A stretch of 64,000 bases of DNA. Origin: Clostridium sp. Its GTDB lineage: Bacteria > Bacillota > Clostridia > Lachnospirales > Lachnospiraceae. Numbering within the stretch: position 1 is the first letter of the stretch; every line of letters starts with the position of its first letter. Shown piece after piece: positions 46,673 through 55,961 of this stretch. A program made the translations under genes and the position numbers. Under the pieces are notes generated by a model. The model saw nothing but the letters and a program-made list of their open reading frames with translations. It did no database searches and was not told the origin of the DNA. Location of the stretch: contig JAMOZY010000004.1 of assembly GCA_023667695.1 (NCBI GenBank), positions 46,317-110,316 of the forward strand. The letters run 5' to 3'.

Positions 46673-47756
46673 TTTTCTTCCTACTCACATTATTTTCAAA
46701 AGCATATTTAAAACCATGTTCTTTCAAATCATAAATAAATGATTCCCTATTATCCGGCACATTTACATTAGGATTCCACTCCTCCCTTGCAAACATAGCT
46801 TCCTCCAGACTCACCTCAAATAAATGATTATCCCGTTGGATTTTTTTTATAATTTTCAATCCCTTTTCTGAATTAATAAGAACAATCGTTATACCACGAT
46901 CATCATCCATATTAACTCGGATACGATTGATATTCCATGCGTCTCCAATTGAAAAATCTGCATTTTTCTTTTCACCTTTAAATTTACAATGATAACACGT
47001 TTCATTTAAATTAACTGTATTTGAAAAGGCTGCCATATAGGGGTCTAATCTACTACGAGAAGAAAAATAGTAGTCATCTTTTAAATATTGAAAACGTAAT
47101 CCTGTCTGCCACCAGCCCTGCCCTTTATAACGAAATTGCACATAACGAATCTCTTCATTACCATGATAATCTTTTAAATAACTTTTCCATGAATACTGTG
47201 ATGGAATACCTGCACAAAAAAGCTCTACAGTTGTAAGATTGTCATATTCTTTTCCTAAAAAAGAATAAAGCCCTCCTATCTGGCAAGGCGTACCGGAAAA
47301 CAACACCCATCTCCCCTGTTCTAAGAATTCTTTTGCTTGCTTATAAGAATCGCCCATCTCACTTTGAACATATTTACTCCCCATTAATCGGAAGATATCC
47401 TCTTTTTGTTCTACATATCCATGTCTTACCAGAAAATCCTCAGTAAGATATGCCCCGAACACCACCCCATTATCCTCTAAGACAACATCACTTAATGCTT
47501 TAAAAAAACCACCGGAACTGCTAAGATTCCGATAATATTCCTGACAATGAATAAATAAATATGCCTGTTGCATTTCTTTATCAGGCTGATAAGCTTCCTG
47601 CATCGGACAGACTTTTTTGCAGGCATCACAGTGGATGCATTTGGTTTCATCAATAAATGGAACAAAATATCCCTCTTCATTATACATCATCTCAATACAG
47701 TCGACCGGACAGATATTTTTACATGCTGAACATCCTACACATTCTTCACAAATCAT
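46659..47756 (-). CDS. 2x[4Fe-4S] ferredoxin domain fused to an FrhB-like (coenzyme F420 hydrogenase beta-like) domain
   Basis: CEECVGCSACKNICP and CIHCDACKKVCP clusters are followed by an FrhB-like body. It overlaps pseG by 14 nt and abuts the pyruvyl transferase. Confidence 0.65.
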   Translation of the reverse strand: MICEECVGCSACKNICPVDCIEMMYNEEGYFVPFIDETKCIHCDACKKVCPMQEAYQPDKEMQQAYLFIHCQEYYRNLSSSGGFFKALSDVVLEDNGVVFGAYLTEDFLVRHGYVEQKEDIFRLMGSKYVQSEMGDSYKQAKEFLEQGRWVLFSGTPCQIGGLYSFLGKEYDNLTTVELFCAGIPSQYSWKSYLKDYHGNEEIRYVQFRYKGQGWWQTGLRFQYLKDDYYFSSRSRLDPYMAAFSNTVNLNETCYHCKFKGEKKNADFSIGDAWNINRIRVNMDDDRGITIVLINSEKGLKIIKKIQRDNHLFEVSLEEAMFAREEWNPNVNVPDNRESFIYDLKEHGFKYAFENNVSRKKNDIH

Positions 47757-47758
47757 AG

Positions 47759-48847
47759 TTAATTCCCCTTTATACAGTCATAAATATTACCTTTCGCTTC
47801 CGCCTGTAAAACCTGCATTTTTTCATTTATGATTTCATAATCCAAAGGGGATTTCAGTGCATCATCAATCTCCTTTTCATTATGAACAATCCTATCCAGC
47901 AATCCAAATTCCCTTAACAAGCCTGTCTTACGAAAATTCGGCATAGAGTCATTGAAGGTCAAAAAATTTTTATTATATATAATAGAAAATATTGTTCCAT
48001 GAAATGTCTGTGATAAAACTAATTTTGCATCACGGATAACCTGAAGAAACTCTAGTGGTCCTATATCTACACGATTTATAATCCAAGCCTCTTCTCTGGG
48101 AATAACTCCTCCAATTAAAAGCACTGGTAAATCAAAGCGTTTAGATAATGCTTCCAAAATCGGCATCATCATATCTAACTGCTCATCTAGTGTTGCATAA
48201 CAAGCAATGTAATCATGCCTATAAATTGTCTCTTCTCCTATCATATTATTATAGTCATTCTGCGTATAAAGAAGTGTCGGGTCCGACATCCAGCCAATAT
48301 CATTTCTGCCAGTAACATTTTTTATTCTTTCTGCCCCAACTTTTTCCCGTACCCAGATTTTTTTATATGCCTGCAATTCATCATAATAAGCAGAAAGTCT
48401 CTCCTCCATACACCTTCCCACACTCGGTGCAAACGCATATTTATATTTTGAATTAGTAAATCCTAAAAAATATGCCCTGGATGCAATTCGAAAATTTGCA
48501 TTCCATATTTGATCACTTCCCGAAACATAAATATCATATATTGGAGGATTTTTCTCGATTTCCTCATCAGAATGATATGCAGTTGCTCCTAAGCGATAAT
48601 ATTGTTTCATAAAATCTGAGAACTTTTTATTTCTATTCTCAATATCTACTGCATATTTTTCTGCCAATTCTCCTTCAATTCTAAATGCCCTTTTATTGTC
48701 TAAAGAATTCGGTATGAAATCAATAATCTCACAGTCCACGCCATCCATTGTATTCAAAAAATGATTCAAAGCGTACGATTGTAACATAGAGCCACAATTA
48801 TATAAGCTATGAAGCGTAATCATTCCAACTCGCTTATTATCACTCAT
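47759..48847 (-). CDS. Polysaccharide pyruvyl transferase family protein
   Basis: VGMITLHSLYNCGSMLQSYAL is an N-terminus characteristic of the PS_pyruv_trans family. 362 aa. Confidence 0.65.
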   Translation of the reverse strand: MSDNKRVGMITLHSLYNCGSMLQSYALNHFLNTMDGVDCEIIDFIPNSLDNKRAFRIEGELAEKYAVDIENRNKKFSDFMKQYYRLGATAYHSDEEIEKNPPIYDIYVSGSDQIWNANFRIASRAYFLGFTNSKYKYAFAPSVGRCMEERLSAYYDELQAYKKIWVREKVGAERIKNVTGRNDIGWMSDPTLLYTQNDYNNMIGEETIYRHDYIACYATLDEQLDMMMPILEALSKRFDLPVLLIGGVIPREEAWIINRVDIGPLEFLQVIRDAKLVLSQTFHGTIFSIIYNKNFLTFNDSMPNFRKTGLLREFGLLDRIVHNEKEIDDALKSPLDYEIINEKMQVLQAEAKGNIYDCIKGN

Positions 48848-48868
48848 TATTTTCTCACCTCTGTTGAA

Positions 48869-49576
48869 TTATTTCTTTTTTTCTCCTGTAAGAAAAAAAT
48901 TACAATCTCTGTATGCACCATTTTCATGTGATAATATATAATCATCTATCGTCACATTTTCAAACATCGAAAAAAGGTCTGCGAATTCTTCTCGGAAAAA
49001 AAAGTGCATAGCCATCCCTCTCTCACTGCTTGCCCCTCTCTCGGCAGATGATTCTGTAACATAAACTGTGTGATGTTCTTCCGTTTTCTCCCCGGAAAGA
49101 TATCTGTAATCTTCTAATGAACGAACTGTAACAAAACATTTTCCTCCGGGTTTCAGTATACGATAAAATTCCTTTACACTCTCAACAATCTTCTGATAAG
49201 AAAGGTAATAAAGCACACCATAACTAATCAACCCGTCAAAAAAATCGTCATCAAATGGAATGTTATCTACCCCTCCCTCTAATACATTCAAAGCGTATTC
49301 TTCATAACCTTTTTCCATCAACATAGATTTTGTATATTCCACACCTGATGTAGAAAAATCTAAACCATATGGTTCCACTCCTACATCAGCCATAAATATA
49401 ACATGTCTCCCTGCTCCGCATCCTGCGTCAAGAATGCGTGGTTTCTTCTCACATTGAAAGTTATGTAACACATACTGTATCACCGGTTCAGATGGATATT
49501 TCGGTCGATATCTTTTTTGATTATGGTGCTTTATCCATATTTCTTGATTTTCCACATACCGTTCATTCAGTCCCAT
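48869..49576 (-). CDS. Class I SAM-dependent methyltransferase
   Basis: ILDAGCGAGRH is motif I; LKPGGKCFV is a post-I motif. Confidence 0.8.
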   Translation of the reverse strand: MGLNERYVENQEIWIKHHNQKRYRPKYPSEPVIQYVLHNFQCEKKPRILDAGCGAGRHVIFMADVGVEPYGLDFSTSGVEYTKSMLMEKGYEEYALNVLEGGVDNIPFDDDFFDGLISYGVLYYLSYQKIVESVKEFYRILKPGGKCFVTVRSLEDYRYLSGEKTEEHHTVYVTESSAERGASSERGMAMHFFFREEFADLFSMFENVTIDDYILSHENGAYRDCNFFLTGEKKK

Positions 49577-49586
49577 TAACAGCCTC

Positions 49587-50831
49587 CTATCCTTCCCAAA
49601 TTACATCTTCAATACCTTGGGTCGTTTTTATTTTTATTTTTACCGTGTTTTTTATATCTTCAATTTTATTATAAAAGTCTTCATCATCTTTCGCTAATAT
49701 ATGAATAAATTTTCCTTCAATCTTATCTGCAAATGGGCTTGTACGCATACCAACACAGATGTTCTCACAATTATGACTATATGCATAGGGCTTATGAAGC
49801 GCTGCATCCAATCCTTCTACAGAAACGACTTCTCCAACCGGCAAAAACATGGATACATATCCACAAGATAAATCTCTGTATTCTATCTTTGGAACTTCCT
49901 GAACCTCGCCCATACAGGCTTTTAAAAGAAACTCCTCTGAACTAAAATCTGTCATCATTGGTACAGTACAAGAAGAAATATATCTTCCTCCTCCTCTTGC
50001 CGCTGTTTCCATCAGCCAGACGCCCCGCTCATTTATCTTTACCTCTGTATGTGTTCTCCCACACTGTAATCCGAAGCCTTCAACTACTTGCTTAACCAAT
50101 GCATTCGCATCCTCGTATTGCTTTCTATTGATATTTGCCGGATATTTTCCAATGTACTCTGAGAACACCCCATCTACCATACATTTTTGATATTCTCCAC
50201 ATACCAATGTCTGATAGGTATTATTCACAGTCACCCCATCAATCATCAGTTCTTTGCCATCAATAAAATCTTCAATGATAACGCCTCCTGATTTAGATGC
50301 CTCTTTGGAATAATCAAAATGCTCAAAAATATCTTTTCTTTTCCTGATTTGAACGACACCTCTGCTTCCAGCACTGTCAATCGGTTTCATAATAGCATTA
50401 CCATCTAGTGTTCCAAAAAATTCTGCCGCGTCTTCTGCATTTTCAGCCAGATGAAAACGTATTGTATCAATACCAATCTCCTTACATTTTTTTCGCTGTA
50501 AATATTTATTAGTAAAAAGTTCTGCCTGCTTTATGCCAATACCCGGCAAATTCAATTTTTCTCCTACATATGCTACTGTCCGAATCGGAGTTTCCGCTTG
50601 ATCAGTTGTAATTCCATCTATTCCCAACTCCTTTGCTGCGGACAAAACAGCTTCTTTGTCTGTAAGATTTATGTATATCTTTTCGTCTGCATATGCAAAC
50701 CCAGGTTCTTCTCTAACGGGAGACACAACAATAGTCTCATATCCTAACTCTTTTGATTTTCTAATTAATGGCAAAAGGAAATTATTCGCTCCTAATATCA
50801 TAACTCTCTTTTTTTTCACAACATCACCCAT
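49587..50831 (-). CDS. ATP-grasp domain ligase
   Basis: 414 aa with a pre-ATP-grasp Rossmann region (VMILGAN), MKPIDSAGSRGV and ETAARGGG motifs. Confidence 0.75.
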   Translation of the reverse strand: MGDVVKKKRVMILGANNFLLPLIRKSKELGYETIVVSPVREEPGFAYADEKIYINLTDKEAVLSAAKELGIDGITTDQAETPIRTVAYVGEKLNLPGIGIKQAELFTNKYLQRKKCKEIGIDTIRFHLAENAEDAAEFFGTLDGNAIMKPIDSAGSRGVVQIRKRKDIFEHFDYSKEASKSGGVIIEDFIDGKELMIDGVTVNNTYQTLVCGEYQKCMVDGVFSEYIGKYPANINRKQYEDANALVKQVVEGFGLQCGRTHTEVKINERGVWLMETAARGGGRYISSCTVPMMTDFSSEEFLLKACMGEVQEVPKIEYRDLSCGYVSMFLPVGEVVSVEGLDAALHKPYAYSHNCENICVGMRTSPFADKIEGKFIHILAKDDEDFYNKIEDIKNTVKIKIKTTQGIEDVIWEG

Positions 50832-50890
50832 TCTTAAACAAATCTTCTCGTCTGAAATTAAAGGTTACCATTTTATAACTATATCCATAC

Positions 50891-51946
50891 TCACCACTCA
50901 ATATCTCCCATTGACAATGGTGTTGCATATTTAATATCTCTTGTCACCCTTTTTCCTATTATTTTATCTAGGTACTTTGTATGCAAACCTATTCCGGGTC
51001 TTACAGACCTTACATTCTCCCTTGTAATAATATCACCTTTTTTTACATCTGTTGCCACAAATAAAGATCTGCTAAAATATCTTTCTTTTTCTTGAATTTT
51101 AGTCATTGTATAATCAACTCTGCCCAATGCCTTTTCTACATTTCTAATACGGTTAACCATGAGTGCCATCTCTTCCGCTTCCATAGAAAACTCAGAATCA
51201 ACACCGCCTTCGCTCCGCCTAATTGTGAAATGCTTTTCTATTACATTTGCGCCTAGAGCTGTTGCTGCAATCGCAACTTCATCTCCCAATGAATGATCAG
51301 AAATTCCTGTGCAACAATTAAATGTTTCTTTCATATTTTGTATTAATCTTAAATTCATCTCTTCGTATGGTGCAGGATAAGCAGATGTGCACTTTAACAA
51401 AATAATCTGGTCGTTATTTTCCTCTTTGCACGTTTTGATTGCCAATTCAATATCGCTGATAGCAGCTATGCCAGTAGACATAATTATTGGCTTCCCGGTT
51501 TGAGCAACCTTTCTAATCAATCCGATATCATTAATCTCAAATGAAGCAATTTTGTATGCCGGAACTTCCATCTCCTCCAAGAAATCAACTGCAGTTTCAT
51601 CGAAAGGAGATGAAAACAAAATAAGTCCTAACTCATCTGCCAATGACTTAAGCTTAGGCTGCCACTCCCACGGAGTATATGCCTGCTTATATAATTCATA
51701 TAATGATTGTCCTTCCCATAATCCACCTTCTTCTGTATTAAAATAAGGTTCAGAAGAATCAAGGGTTATCGTATCTGCTGTATATGTTTGCAATTTAATG
51801 GCATCTACACCACTTTCTTTTGCTGCATAAATAATAGCCTCCGCCCTAGCGTAATCTAGATTGTGATTTCCTGACATCTCTGCAATTACAAATGTGGGAT
51901 GACCATCTCCAATCACTTTATTTCCGATTTTTATTTCTTTTCTCAT
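50891..51946 (-). CDS. pseI: Pseudaminic acid synthase (NeuB family with C-terminal SAF domain)
   Basis: Contains PTFVIAEMSGNHN and DAIKLQTYTADTITL motifs. The C-terminus carries an SAF-like GDIITRENVRSVRPG. Confidence 0.8.
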   Translation of the reverse strand: MRKEIKIGNKVIGDGHPTFVIAEMSGNHNLDYARAEAIIYAAKESGVDAIKLQTYTADTITLDSSEPYFNTEEGGLWEGQSLYELYKQAYTPWEWQPKLKSLADELGLILFSSPFDETAVDFLEEMEVPAYKIASFEINDIGLIRKVAQTGKPIIMSTGIAAISDIELAIKTCKEENNDQIILLKCTSAYPAPYEEMNLRLIQNMKETFNCCTGISDHSLGDEVAIAATALGANVIEKHFTIRRSEGGVDSEFSMEAEEMALMVNRIRNVEKALGRVDYTMTKIQEKERYFSRSLFVATDVKKGDIITRENVRSVRPGIGLHTKYLDKIIGKRVTRDIKYATPLSMGDIEW

Positions 51947-51968
51947 AATACTTATTTTCTCCTCTATA

Positions 51969-52145
51969 TTTAGGAATTGGATATGATTCTTTTCAATGTC
52001 TTTATGACATACGCTTGCTCTTCATCATATAACGAGTAGTACAACGGTATACTAATCGAATCATTTTTTCTTTATAGGTAGCATCAATTGCATGTGTATA
52101 TCCCTCTATTACAAACAGGTTGTACTCTTTCACAATCATATTCAT
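51969..52145 (-). pseudogene. pseC: Remnant of a DegT/PseC-type aminotransferase gene (internally deleted and frameshifted)
   Basis: One frame of the minus strand gives IVKEYNLFVIEGYTHAIDATYKEKMI, which compares with the DegT block hgl.vIEDaAHAlGa.YkGk. A frame shifted by one nucleotide gives ISIPLYYSLYDEEQAYVIKTLKRIISNS followed by a stop, which compares with the DegT C-terminus sLPlhp.lt.eev.yVi..l. Only 238 nt separate pseB and pseI, whereas a full pseC is about 1.1 kb. Confidence 0.5.
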
Positions 52146-52184
52146 TTCACAAAACTGACCTGTATAATAAATTGCAATAATCGC

Positions 52185-53180
52185 TTATATATGCTTCAAC
52201 GCTTCTGCTAACTCTTCTATTTTCAACCACTCTGTATTAGTTCCCGAACTGTATTCAAATCCTTCCTCCACCTTTATTCCTCCCGGTAAAACATCCTTCT
52301 CTAAATTAGCCCAGTCATAGTGCGGATAAATAATATAATGCTTATCATATTCATAAGTCGTATACGAATCATCTTTTGTTACCATTACTTCATGCAGTTT
52401 TTCACCTTCACGGATGCCAAACTCATTAATTTCACAATTCGGCAACATCGCCTTCGCCAAATCACCAATATGAAAGGATGGTATTTTTGAGATGTATGTC
52501 TCTCCGCCCTTTGATTCCTCCAGCGCCTTAAAGACCAACTCCACCCCTTGTTCTAAGGTAATCCAGAATCTTGTCATACGCATATCTGTTACACCAAGTG
52601 TATTTCCACCATGGTTAATGATATTTTTCCAAATTGGAATAACAGAGCCTCTGCTCCCTGCTACATTTCCATAACGCACCACAGAGAAAATCGTCTTATA
52701 ATTCTCTCCTCGATATGCATTAGCAGCAATAAATAACTTATCTGAAACCAGCTTAGTACCACCATATAAATTAATTGGATTCACTGCTTTATCCGTAGAT
52801 AAGGCAACTACTTTCTTTACCCCACAATCCAACGCAGCATCAATTACATTCTGCGCTCCATGAATATTGGTCTTAATTGCTTCAAAAGGATTATATTCAC
52901 AGGTTGGCACCTGTTTCATTGCCGCCGCATGAATCACATAATCAACACCTGTAAAGGCACGATATAAGCGTTCCTTATCTCGAACATCACCTATAAAAAA
53001 CCGAACTCTGGACATGTCCACCTTATCCATATAATCCACTTTCATAACACTTTGCTTATACTCATCTCTGGAGTAAATGATTACTTTTTTAGGATTATAT
53101 CTTGCAAATATCATCTCTAAAAATTTTTTTCCAAAAGATCCGGTTCCACCGGTAATCAGAATCGTCTTATTATTCAGCAT
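52185..53180 (-). CDS. pseB: UDP-N-acetylglucosamine 4,6-dehydratase (inverting)
   Basis: Contains KTILITGGTGSFGKKF...IYSRDEYKQ...FFIGDVRD...YGGTKL...VRYGNVAGSRGSVIP...MTRFWIT. This closely parallels FlaA1/PseB as I recall it. Confidence 0.85.
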   Translation of the reverse strand: MLNNKTILITGGTGSFGKKFLEMIFARYNPKKVIIYSRDEYKQSVMKVDYMDKVDMSRVRFFIGDVRDKERLYRAFTGVDYVIHAAAMKQVPTCEYNPFEAIKTNIHGAQNVIDAALDCGVKKVVALSTDKAVNPINLYGGTKLVSDKLFIAANAYRGENYKTIFSVVRYGNVAGSRGSVIPIWKNIINHGGNTLGVTDMRMTRFWITLEQGVELVFKALEESKGGETYISKIPSFHIGDLAKAMLPNCEINEFGIREGEKLHEVMVTKDDSYTTYEYDKHYIIYPHYDWANLEKDVLPGGIKVEEGFEYSSGTNTEWLKIEELAEALKHI

Positions 53181-53210
53181 CTTAATCCGCTCCTCCCTAT
53201 ATTCATTCTT

Positions 53211-54665
53211 TTATCTTTTCTTAAAACGCTCTTGCAGCGCTGGAATATGAGAAGTAGTTAATGGGACATATTCTTTTCCTAACGCTTCTCCATATTTTAA
53301 TAATTCTTCGAAATAACCATAATGATCTAGCACAAGACTTTGTTCCGTTGTATATTTCATACCATCACAATGATCCCATTCAAAAGAATTTCCAACCATC
53401 TTAACACCATCGCAACCGGATACATATATTTTCTGTGCCAATGCGGAAGCAATTGGTATTGCGTATTTCGTTATGACATTATGTGCCTTACTACAGACGG
53501 AAAGCAACTCCGAATCTGGAAATCGAATCTCGGTTGCCGACTCATCCATTCCAATTAGTATAGATTCTATTCCATGATATCTCTTCGCCAGTAATGGCAT
53601 CCACCATTTATGAACGATTAAAAATCCTTTGTGGTTTATCATCCAATTCACAACCAAGTCTAATTGAGCCTTATATTCTCTTGTCACATAAAAAACATCT
53701 GCTAATAAATATAAATTGGGGTTACTCTGTTCCATCGCACATTCATTAAATATGCAGCCACTACATACAATTCGGATATCACACTTATGAGTTAATTGTC
53801 TGCATTTCTCACTCCCTTCCTCAAAAGAAGGTCCTGCCCCAAAAACAAAAGCTCTCGTTTCTGAGTTACACATGGCTTCTATCTTTCTATAATTTTGTTT
53901 TGATACCATATCCCAATCTTTCTCAGATATCTTATAATTCAATCTGGTTAATATCTTGGCGTGAACATTCCTGTAAAATGATGAATCAATACAGAATTTA
54001 TTTGCAAATAAATTGATAAATGTATCTGTCAAAAACTCTTTATTCCAAATTAGAACCAAATCATAATCTTCTATTTCTATATTTTCAATATAACAAAAAT
54101 AGGTAGGCAAGAAATCAGCAATTTTATCTTTTATTTCAGGTAAACAATGATACTCTACAACAATATCCTTTTCGTGTAATTCCGGTACATACCATTCAAA
54201 TTCCTCAACCATTTTCTGTAATTGTTCCGCATCAGAAAAAAAAGGATATAATAAATTTTTTTTAATAGGCAATAAAAAGGCATCAAAGGCATCCACAGAA
54301 TACTGCTCGCACTTAATAATATTCTTGTTAGAAATCCCCTGCCTTAACAATTCCCCTTCCATACTATCTGCACTGGAGAACGTTGCCAGAATATATTTAT
54401 ATGAATTTTTATCAATTATATTTAATTCACTGGGAAGTAATACCTTTCTCCCATATAAAAAATCCTGTTTTCTTACAGATTCAATAAAATAGTAAATGAC
54501 ATCATCATTTATAATCTTAACCAGCTGTTCATAATAATTTTTTGCTACATCACCAGTTCCATAAATAATATATTTCTGCTCTTTATCAAATTGAATATCA
54601 GGAAGTGGATAATTCATCTTACTCTTACCTCTTTCACTTTCATAAAATATATCGGAATGTTTCAT
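53211..54665 (-). CDS. DUF115/MptE-like domain protein (atypical Maf-like or sialyltransferase-like putative NulO transferase)
   Basis: FVFGAGPSFEEG, then IVCSGC, LLADVFY and KIYVSGCDG follow the G-x-G-P-S, D and G-x-D pattern of DUF115/GT42-like proteins. Divergent, so the call is tentative. Confidence 0.45.
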   Translation of the reverse strand: MKHSDIFYESERGKSKMNYPLPDIQFDKEQKYIIYGTGDVAKNYYEQLVKIINDDVIYYFIESVRKQDFLYGRKVLLPSELNIIDKNSYKYILATFSSADSMEGELLRQGISNKNIIKCEQYSVDAFDAFLLPIKKNLLYPFFSDAEQLQKMVEEFEWYVPELHEKDIVVEYHCLPEIKDKIADFLPTYFCYIENIEIEDYDLVLIWNKEFLTDTFINLFANKFCIDSSFYRNVHAKILTRLNYKISEKDWDMVSKQNYRKIEAMCNSETRAFVFGAGPSFEEGSEKCRQLTHKCDIRIVCSGCIFNECAMEQSNPNLYLLADVFYVTREYKAQLDLVVNWMINHKGFLIVHKWWMPLLAKRYHGIESILIGMDESATEIRFPDSELLSVCSKAHNVITKYAIPIASALAQKIYVSGCDGVKMVGNSFEWDHCDGMKYTTEQSLVLDHYGYFEELLKYGEALGKEYVPLTTSHIPALQERFKKR

Positions 54666-54686
54666 AACATAGTTAATTCTATGGCG

Positions 54687-55928
54687 TCAGCTTCCTGCCA
54701 TCCCCTTTACCATCTCCACCATTCTTGGTGAGGATAATTCTTCCGGGGCATCAAACATCCGGTTTCGCAGAGCCGTCCGCTCTGCATGATATCTCCTGGT
54801 ATATTCCTCATCCGGATGACAGGCATTCTGAATAGACTGCATCAATGCGTCCATAGTTTCCACCTTCTCCCCCGGCGTCGCCTCGTCATAGCTCCAGTAA
54901 AGCTCCCGGGAAGCCTTTTCATATTCCGCCCGGTCATAGTCAAAGAACAGAATTGGTTTATCCACCAGCAAAAAATCAAAATATATAGATGAATAATCCG
55001 TAATCAATACATCGGAATCCTTCAACACCACATAAGGGTCCGAATCCGAATCCAGCATTAAAATATTATCATACTGAATGGCAGCAAACTCCCCCTTATG
55101 CTTCGAAAACGGATGCTGCTTGATGCAAAACAGAATATGCTCCCCGGATAAGAATTCTGCAAAGGCATTCAAATCCATAATCTCAAAGAACTGGCTCTGG
55201 CTATCCCGGTAAGTCGGCATATAATAAGCAATCTTTCCATCGGAATATTGCTTTAAAAATGCATGCACTTTATCCAGCTCTTCCTGCTCTCTGGGAAGAA
55301 GAACATTGGGAATCGCATCGGATATCAGATAATCATTGCGTGGATATCCGCACACAAAAACATTCTTTGAATTCCGGAATGCAGATTCAAACAAGGGTTT
55401 TAAATATTCCGATGTTGCAAGAATGTGGTCCGAGGGCTTCTCGCTGGAAATATTTCTGGGCTGACATTTCCACTTTTCCCATCCGTTCTTCGGATGTCGA
55501 AATTTGTCCATGCTATTATCCGCCTGGATTTTCTTCAAGGGAATGCCATGCCACATATCTACCTTTACAGCGCCGCCGCTTTGGGAGAAATTGATATCCT
55601 TGGAATAATGATCATACAGATATACCTTTCCAATCAGGGCATACCAGATTCCCTTACCAGAATGATAATAATAAGCTTCCAGGCCTGCATCTGTCAAATG
55701 CTGTACAATAGCTTTATCCTTACTAATCCAGATTGGACGAATATTCAATTCTTCTTTGTGTTGATTACAATATTGATACAGATATCTTGGATTGTCAGAA
55801 AAACGATTTCCCAAGGTACTGCCAAACAACCAGATTCTTTTATTTCTAGGCATCAGGTAAGAAAGCCAGTAAAGCGGAAGTACCAACAGCTGGCTCCAGT
55901 ATTTGATTCGTTCTATCAGCTTCTGCAT
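54687..55928 (-). CDS. CDP-glycerol glycerophosphotransferase family protein (TagB/TagF-like)
   Basis: RIWLFGS...FSDNPRYLYQY...WHGIPLKK...GYPRND...YMPTYRD are hallmark TagF-family blocks. Confidence 0.8.
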   Translation of the reverse strand: MQKLIERIKYWSQLLVLPLYWLSYLMPRNKRIWLFGSTLGNRFSDNPRYLYQYCNQHKEELNIRPIWISKDKAIVQHLTDAGLEAYYYHSGKGIWYALIGKVYLYDHYSKDINFSQSGGAVKVDMWHGIPLKKIQADNSMDKFRHPKNGWEKWKCQPRNISSEKPSDHILATSEYLKPLFESAFRNSKNVFVCGYPRNDYLISDAIPNVLLPREQEELDKVHAFLKQYSDGKIAYYMPTYRDSQSQFFEIMDLNAFAEFLSGEHILFCIKQHPFSKHKGEFAAIQYDNILMLDSDSDPYVVLKDSDVLITDYSSIYFDFLLVDKPILFFDYDRAEYEKASRELYWSYDEATPGEKVETMDALMQSIQNACHPDEEYTRRYHAERTALRNRMFDAPEELSSPRMVEMVKGMAGS

Positions 55929-55961
55929 CCCGTTTCCCCTTATATCCTTTGTTTTATCGTC

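Noticed and set aside
54236-54263. A8 and T8 homopolymer tracts as possible phase-variation switches. Other tracts occur at 45737-45750, 50809-50816 and 58684-58691.
   Set aside because: The tracts are only 7-8 nt of A/T in AT-rich coding DNA, encoding Lys/Phe runs. There are no long poly-G/C tracts of the Campylobacter maf type, and all frames are intact.
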